Source: an uncultured delta proteobacterium | Lineage (GTDB): Bacteria; Desulfobacterota; Syntrophia; Syntrophales; UBA2185 | DNA: 64,000 bases | Assembly (NCBI GenBank): GCA_963729715.1 | Contig: CAVSPA010000005.1 | Coordinates: 1-64,000, forward strand | Direction: 5' to 3' | In this document: positions 58,727 to 64,000 of the stretch, piece by piece | Layout of the letters: each line of letters begins with the position of its first letter | Position numbering within the stretch: position 1 is the stretch's first letter | Translations under genes and position numbers: made by a program | Notes under the pieces: generated by a model | Seen by the model: only the letters and a program-made list of their open reading frames with translations | What the model was told of the DNA's origin: nothing | The model's database searches: none

Positions 58727-61700
58727 CTATCCGACAAATTTGCCGTTCTCAAACCGACCCTGATATTTCCTACCGCCGGGAAACGTCATAGTTCCCTGGC
58801 CGTGAGGCAGGCCATTTTCCATTTCACCTTCATATTTTCTTCCATCCTTCAGGGAAAGTACACCTCTTCCATGATACTTGTTGTTCTTGAACTCGCCCGA
58901 GTATCGGTCTCCGTTTGGATATGTCAAAACCCCTTTCCCATTTGACAACCCATTCTTAAATTCACCCACATATTTTGTGCCATCAGAAAGGACCAATGTA
59001 CCTTTCCCTTCATATTTTCCCATTTTGAATTGACCTTCGTATTTTTTTCCATCCGGGTAGATATCTAGTCCTTCACCATGGAATTGATCACTCTTCCATC
59101 CGCCTGTGTATTTTCGTCCACCCGCCAGGGTCAATACTCCTTCACCTTCTCTCACATCCTTTTTCCAATGCCCTGTATAGACGGAACCATCCGCGAGTGT
59201 GAAAAGTCCCTGCCCATTCCTCTCTCCCGCTTTCCACTCGCCCATATACTTCTCACCGCCGGGAAACATCATGGTTCCCTGCCCGTGAGGAAGATCATCC
59301 TTCAGTTGACCCAAATAGCTTCGGCCATCAGGATAAGTTATCGACCACTGTCCGTGAGAGATAGCGGCCTTCTTTCCGAAAGTCTCGGGCTCCTCTTCTG
59401 CCTTGCGTCTGGCCTTTGCCTCTTCTTCCTCGTCAGCCCTGGCTTTCGCTTCTGCTTCCATCTTCTTTCTGGCTTCTGTTTCCGCCTTAGCTCGCCTTTC
59501 AGCCTCTTCCCTCGCCTTCGTTTCTTCTGCAAAGCGCGCCTCTATTTCAGCCCGCATCTTTACTTCTGCTTCTGCTTTCGTTCGTGCTTCCGTTTCCGCC
59601 TTTAGCCTGGCCTCCGCTTCTTCCCTTGCCTTTGCCTCTGCTGCCAAACGTGTTTCTATTTCAGCCCGCGCCTTTGCCTCTGCTTCCGCTCTTGCTTTCG
59701 CTTCTGCTTCCGCCCTTTTCCTCGCCTCTGTCTCCTGCTTCGCCTTCGCCTCTTCTGCCAAACGGGTCTCCACTTCAGCCCGCGCCTTTGCCTCCGCTTC
59801 CGCCCTGGCCTTCGCTTCTGCTTCCGCCTTCCTCCTCGCTTCTGCCTCTTCTTTTGCCCTTCTCTCCGCTTCTTCTCTTGCCTTTCCCACTTCCGCCAAC
59901 CGCGCCTCTACAAGAACTCTCGCCTTGGCCTCTTCTTCCGCCTTCGTTTTCGCTTCTTCTTCGGCCTTCCTTCCTGCCCCTGCTTCCGCCCTGGCTCTCT
60001 TTTCGGTTTCCTGTCTCGCCCGCATCTCGGCTGCGAGCAGGTCTTCCACTTCGGCCCTTGCCCTGGCCTCCGCCTCCGCCTTCGCCTTTGCTTCCTCCTC
60101 AGCCTTCTTCGCCGTCTCTGCTTCTTCTCTAAACCGCGCCTCCGCCTCTTCTCTCGCCCGGAGCTCGGCAGCCAGCCTGGCTTCCACATGGGCTCGTGCC
60201 TTGGCCTCCGCTTCCGCCTTCGTTCTTGCTTCTTCTTCCGCTTTCTTGCCGGCGCCGGTCGCCGCTGCGAATCGCGCTTCGGCTTCTTCTCTATTTTTCA
60301 GTTCAGCAGCCAAACGCTCTTCTACGCGAGCCCGCGCTTTCGCCTCCGCTTCCGCCTTTGCTTTTGCTTCGTCTTCCGCCCTCTTCGCGGCCTCCGCTTC
60401 CTCTCTGAACCGCGCTTCCGCTTCTTCTCTCGCTCTCAGTTCGGCCGCCAAGCGCCCTTCAACATCAGCACGCGTCTTTGCCTCCGTTTCGGCTCTTGCC
60501 CTCGCCTCAGCTGCCGCCTTCTTCCCCGCCTCGGCTATCTCTCTGAACCGCGCTTCCGCTTCTTCTCTCGCCTTCAATTCTGCAGCTAGGCGGGCTTCCA
60601 GTTCTGCTCTTGCCTTCGCCTCCGCTTCCGCCCTGGCTATTGCTTCCTCTTCTGCCTTCCTCCCGGCGCCGGCCGCCTCTGTAAGCTTCGCTTCCGCTGC
60701 TACTCTCGCCCTCAATTCGCCTGCCAGCTGTTCTTCCACGTGCGCCCGCGCCTTTGCTTCCGCTTCCGCCCTGGCCCTCGCTTCCTCTGCTGCCCTCCTC
60801 CCGGCCTCCGCTTCCTCCTTCGCTAATTTTTCAGCTCCTGCTCTATCCCTTAGCTCGGACGCCAATCTGGCTTCCACGTGCACCCGCGCCTTCGCCTCGG
60901 CATCCGCCCTCGCTCTTGCTTCCTCCGCTGCTTTTTTCTCTGCCTCCGCTACGCCTCTGAATTTCTCTTCGGCTACTTCTCTCGCACGAAGCTCGGTTGC
61001 GAGCTGTTCTTCCACGCGCGCCCGCGCCTTTGCCTCAACCTCTGCCCTTGCTTTCGCTTCCTCCGCTGCTCTCTTACCGGCCTTCGCTTCCTCCCTTGCC
61101 GCCCTCTCGGCTTCTTCTCTTGCCCTTACCTCGGACGCCAGTCGGGCTTCGACGTGCTCACGTGCTTTTGACTCCGCTTCCGCCCTCGCTCTTGCCTCCT
61201 CCGCCGCCTTTTTCTCTGCCTCCGCTACTCCTCTAAACTTCTCTTCGGCTTCTTCCCGAGCCCTCGTCTCCTGCGCCAGCCGGGCCTCCACTTCAATTCG
61301 CGCTCTCGCTTCCGCCTCCGCTCTTGCCTTTGCCTCCTCTGCGGCCTTTTTCCCTGCACTCGCTACGTCCCGGAACTTTGCTTCCGCCTCTTCTCTCGCC
61401 TTTAATTCGGCTGCCAGGCGGGCCTCCACGTGAGCCCGAGCCTTCGCTTCCTTCTCCGCCCTTGCCTCCGCCTCCGCCCTTGCTCTTGCCTCCTCTGCCG
61501 CCTTCTTCCCTGCTCCGGCTGCCTCTGTGAATCGTGCTTCCGCTGCTTCTCTTGCCTCCAATTCCGCTGCCAGGCGGGCTTCCACTTGAATTCGCGCCTT
61601 GACTTCCGCTTCGGCCCTTGCCACCGCCTCAGCTACTGCCTTCTTTCCAGCCTCCGCTTCTTCTCTGAGTCTTGCTTCCGCCTTCTCCCTTACCTTCAAG

Positions 61701-62098
61701 TCCGCTGTCAACCGAGCTTCTGCTTGAACTCGCGCTTCAGCCTCTGTCTCCGCCCTTGCTATGTCTTCCGCTTCGGCTCTTGCCTGCATCTCTAAAGCTA
61801 AGCGGGCTTTCCCATCAGATTCACTGCCGCCCTTCCACTCGCCTTTATATTTCGTCCCGTCGGAATATGTGTATTCTCCGTTACCATGCGGCAGGCCCTC
61901 CTGCCATTCGCCTTCAAATCTGCTGCCATCGGGCCATAAGTACGTTCCCATTCCATGCGGGAAGCCATCCGTCCATTCTCCCGAATATTGGCTTCCGTCC
62001 GGCCACGTAAATGTTCCCTGTCCACTAAATGGATCATCCTTCCACGCAATCTTGTATTGCTCTTTTCCGGATGATCCCCTCGTTAAACGCTGCAACAT
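58727..62098 (-). CDS. Large protein: N-terminal MORN repeats, ~800-aa A/E/R/K helical repeat region, C-terminal MORN repeats
   Basis: About 3 MORN repeats at the N-terminus and about 9 at the C-terminus; a central 46-aa unit repeated about 15 times. Confidence 0.9.
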   Translation of the reverse strand: MLQRLTRGSSGKEQYKIAWKDDPFSGQGTFTWPDGSQYSGEWTDGFPHGMGTYLWPDGSRFEGEWQEGLPHGNGEYTYSDGTKYKGEWKGGSESDGKARLALEMQARAEAEDIARAETEAEARVQAEARLTADLKVREKAEARLREEAEAGKKAVAEAVARAEAEVKARIQVEARLAAELEAREAAEARFTEAAGAGKKAAEEARARAEAEARAEKEAKARAHVEARLAAELKAREEAEAKFRDVASAGKKAAEEAKARAEAEARARIEVEARLAQETRAREEAEEKFRGVAEAEKKAAEEARARAEAESKAREHVEARLASEVRAREEAERAAREEAKAGKRAAEEAKARAEVEAKARARVEEQLATELRAREVAEEKFRGVAEAEKKAAEEARARADAEAKARVHVEARLASELRDRAGAEKLAKEEAEAGRRAAEEARARAEAEAKARAHVEEQLAGELRARVAAEAKLTEAAGAGRKAEEEAIARAEAEAKARAELEARLAAELKAREEAEARFREIAEAGKKAAAEARARAETEAKTRADVEGRLAAELRAREEAEARFREEAEAAKRAEDEAKAKAEAEAKARARVEERLAAELKNREEAEARFAAATGAGKKAEEEARTKAEAEAKARAHVEARLAAELRAREEAEARFREEAETAKKAEEEAKAKAEAEARARAEVEDLLAAEMRARQETEKRARAEAGAGRKAEEEAKTKAEEEAKARVLVEARLAEVGKAREEAERRAKEEAEARRKAEAEAKARAEAEAKARAEVETRLAEEAKAKQETEARKRAEAEAKARAEAEAKARAEIETRLAAEAKAREEAEARLKAETEARTKAEAEVKMRAEIEARFAEETKAREEAERRAKAETEARKKMEAEAKARADEEEEAKARRKAEEEPETFGKKAAISHGQWSITYPDGRSYLGQLKDDLPHGQGTMMFPGGEKYMGEWKAGERNGQGLFTLADGSVYTGHWKKDVREGEGVLTLAGGRKYTGGWKSDQFHGEGLDIYPDGKKYEGQFKMGKYEGKGTLVLSDGTKYVGEFKNGLSNGKGVLTYPNGDRYSGEFKNNKYHGRGVLSLKDGRKYEGEMENGLPHGQGTMTFPGGRKYQGRFENGKFVG

Positions 62099-62436
62099 TG
62101 TTTCCTGCCTCTTATCCTTATCTCTCTTTGAGTCTGATAAGATTCTCTTGGTGCGTTAAATATAGTAGAATTGGTCAAATGTGTCAAAAAAAATAATAAC
62201 TTCAGAAGCGCCGATGGAATTACGGTACGGAATATCTTCTGGCGATTTCAAGACTAAGTAAGAAAAACATGATTCTCACCGTATAAAAACTTGACGAGAA
62301 AGTTCAGCCAAAATAAATGGGGGACACAGGGGGTTTATACTTGCATAGTAATGACGATACTAAGAGACATTTGAAAGACAACGACGGCAAGCACGTCACG
62401 CGCGCCCACGGCCTTTTTTGTTCTGTTTTTTTGTTC

Positions 62437-62465
62437 TTGACAGTCAATTGCTTTCTTTCTATTAT
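62437..62465 (+). promoter_or_regulatory. Sigma70 promoter
   Basis: TTGACA-N17-TATTAT upstream of the TlpA-like gene. Confidence 0.6.
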
Positions 62466-62521
62466 TTTTGTGACGAGATAGTCGAGAGTCTCAGCAACTA
62501 TGACTCTAAGAAAGGCCGATT

Positions 62522-63040
62522 ATGAAAACATCAGTACGATGGCTCATCAGTTTCATCTTGGTGTGCAGTGTCGTCATATTTTTCTCCGTACCGTATATAG
62601 CTCCAGGACAGGGGAGCGCCAGAGCAGACCAGGATGACCGTGCCTTAGATTTTACCTTAAAAGATTTGGATGGACGAAACGTCAATCTGAGCGATTATAA
62701 GGGAAAGACAGTCGTATTGTATTTCATGGCAACCTGGTGTCCCGAATGTCGCGGCGCGATTCCACAGCTCAAAGAGCTCTATGCCTCATACAACCCAAAA
62801 GGATTAGTCCTTCTCTCTATCGATGTCATGGAATCGAAGGAAAGGGCAGCAGCCTTTTCAAGGAAACACAACATCCCCTATCCCATCCTCCTGGATGAAG
62901 AGGGAAAGGTCTACAGGAGTTATGGCGTCGGCGGCGTGCCCGTCAAGGCCTTGATCGACCGGGCCGGCCGGATCATTTGCTGGAATTGCCGCTCCTTCGA
63001 CAACCTGCTCACGAAGCAGTTCGAAATGCATACCAAGTAG
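62522..63040 (+). CDS. TlpA/ResA-like thiol-disulfide oxidoreductase
   Basis: N-terminal membrane anchor, DFTLKDLDG, FMATWCPEC, YGVGGVP. Confidence 0.88.
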   Translation: MKTSVRWLISFILVCSVVIFFSVPYIAPGQGSARADQDDRALDFTLKDLDGRNVNLSDYKGKTVVLYFMATWCPECRGAIPQLKELYASYNPKGLVLLSIDVMESKERAAAFSRKHNIPYPILLDEEGKVYRSYGVGGVPVKALIDRAGRIICWNCRSFDNLLTKQFEMHTK

Positions 63041-63360
63041 CTGGCGCAATTTCCTGCCTGCCATATTTTTGACCTCTTGTTTGTGAAGCCATGAGGACCC
63101 GCAGCTTTCCAGTTTCTCAAAGGACCTTAAGTGTAAGTTACGGTTTGTCGTGCACAGTCACTGTAGATAGCGGAAAAAAATGGAGGCCCGTAAAAACGCG
63201 CCTTAAGAGAATTTTGATAACACCGGAATGTGTCTTGTTCTTGAAATTTCGACTGTGCCGAAATTGACATAATCACGCTGCCCGGGAGCGTGATAAAGGC
63301 AAGAAGAGTTGCCCTCTCCCCCCGCCTCCTGTCGACAAAGGAAAGACGCGGGCAATAGTG

Positions 63361-63786
63361 TCACTTGGGTTCTGTGGGATACCCGGCATCCGTCCAGGCA
63401 TGAAACCCGCCCAGAAGGGCGCTCACTGATTTGAAGCCCTTGTCCAACAAAAATTGTGCCGCACGGGCACTGGTGGCTTCATTGTGTCAGGTACAATAGG
63501 TGATGATCTGTTTGTCCTTGGGGATCTCTTTGTACCTTTCCTCCATCTGAACTATGGGAATCCTCACTGCCCCTTTTATCTTGATCCTGCTGCCTGCATA
63601 ATCCTCGCCTGTTCGGACATCGATAATTACCAAGCCTTCCCCTTTATCCAGCTTTGCCTTCAGTTCTTGAACCGTGATCCTCGGTATACCATCTGTTGCA
63701 GAGAAAGCTGCCGGCACAATTAGCTGATTAGAAAAGACAATACAAAGAGAAAGCAGCAGTACTTTCCACAGCCATCGCAATGCCAT
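63361..63786 (-). CDS. Exported rhodanese-like selenoprotein (in-frame UGA at 63487-63489)
   Basis: IIDVR...IKGAVRIP...IITYCT-UGA-HNEATSARAAQFLLDKGF...LLGGFHAWTDAGYPTEPK*; SECIS-like hairpin downstream of the UGA. Confidence 0.85.
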
Positions 63787-64000
63787 CACTGTCACATCCT
63801 TTCCAGGAGAAATGTATTACTATATCTGAGAATGGTTAAAGGCCTTCCCTGATAGCGGGAAGGCCCGGATATCGTCCGTGAAGCGCCTTCGAAAGCCTTA
63901 CGGACGGAATTAGCAAATAATATCTTCGAATATCAGTTTGACTGCTGAAGCCGCACCATCCATCCTGCCTACTTTGCAGAAGGAAGGCTAAAATCCTTCA

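Noticed and set aside
59403..61433. 676-aa plus-strand ORF (Ala/Ser-rich) and other overlapping ORFs
   Set aside because: Antisense shadow of the A/E/R/K repeat region. Codon bias on the coding strand removes stops from the opposite strand.
63806..64000. Hairpins and possible ORF at the right edge
   Set aside because: Too little context to assign. They may be a terminator or leader of a neighbouring gene.

Overview
Bacterial chromosomal window. The gene set (hyp genes, liv transporter, Sec usage) and the sequence style suggest an anaerobic Desulfobacterota/Syntrophorhabdus-like organism; this is an inference only. Two divergent tRNA genes (Leu-CAA, minus, 21958-22044; Ala-GGC, plus, 22151-22226) each anchor an AT-richer accessory island. 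LEFT island (1-21957, probably continuing past the window edge): a compact core with a tyrosine integrase, an XRE repressor with palindromic operators, a divergent operon (xis-like HTH, small Cys-rich proteins, two tandem paralogous HD-domain proteins) and ~1 kb of structured non-coding DNA. Its cargo is an ECF sigma/Ser-Thr kinase pair, a small HNH, a secreted protein, a broken ~1513-aa SF1 helicase-Vsr-like nuclease-Zn-finger gene, a TIGR04141-like protein and an IS256-truncated Hsp70, with IS3 and IS21 insertions. RIGHT island (~22227-36592): integrase remnant, Fic, IS66 fragment, WD40-caspase lipoprotein, a complete RmInt1-like group II intron plus a second intron remnant, pfk-fbp (fbp has a catalytic-motif substitution), csp, IS256 and hypothetical genes, ending at a phased ATTCCCTG array with a tRNA-like CCACCA end. 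From ~36.6 kb the DNA is core-like: livKHMGF, glmM, dedA, hypA/B/F/D, an ATP-grasp enzyme, a sensor kinase, a tandem-GAF protein, an rve-type IS, two MORN proteins (one with an ~800-aa repetitive helical rod), a TlpA-like protein and a UGA-readthrough (selenocysteine) rhodanese. No CRISPR array or rRNA was seen. All family assignments come from motif recognition by eye; no searches were run.
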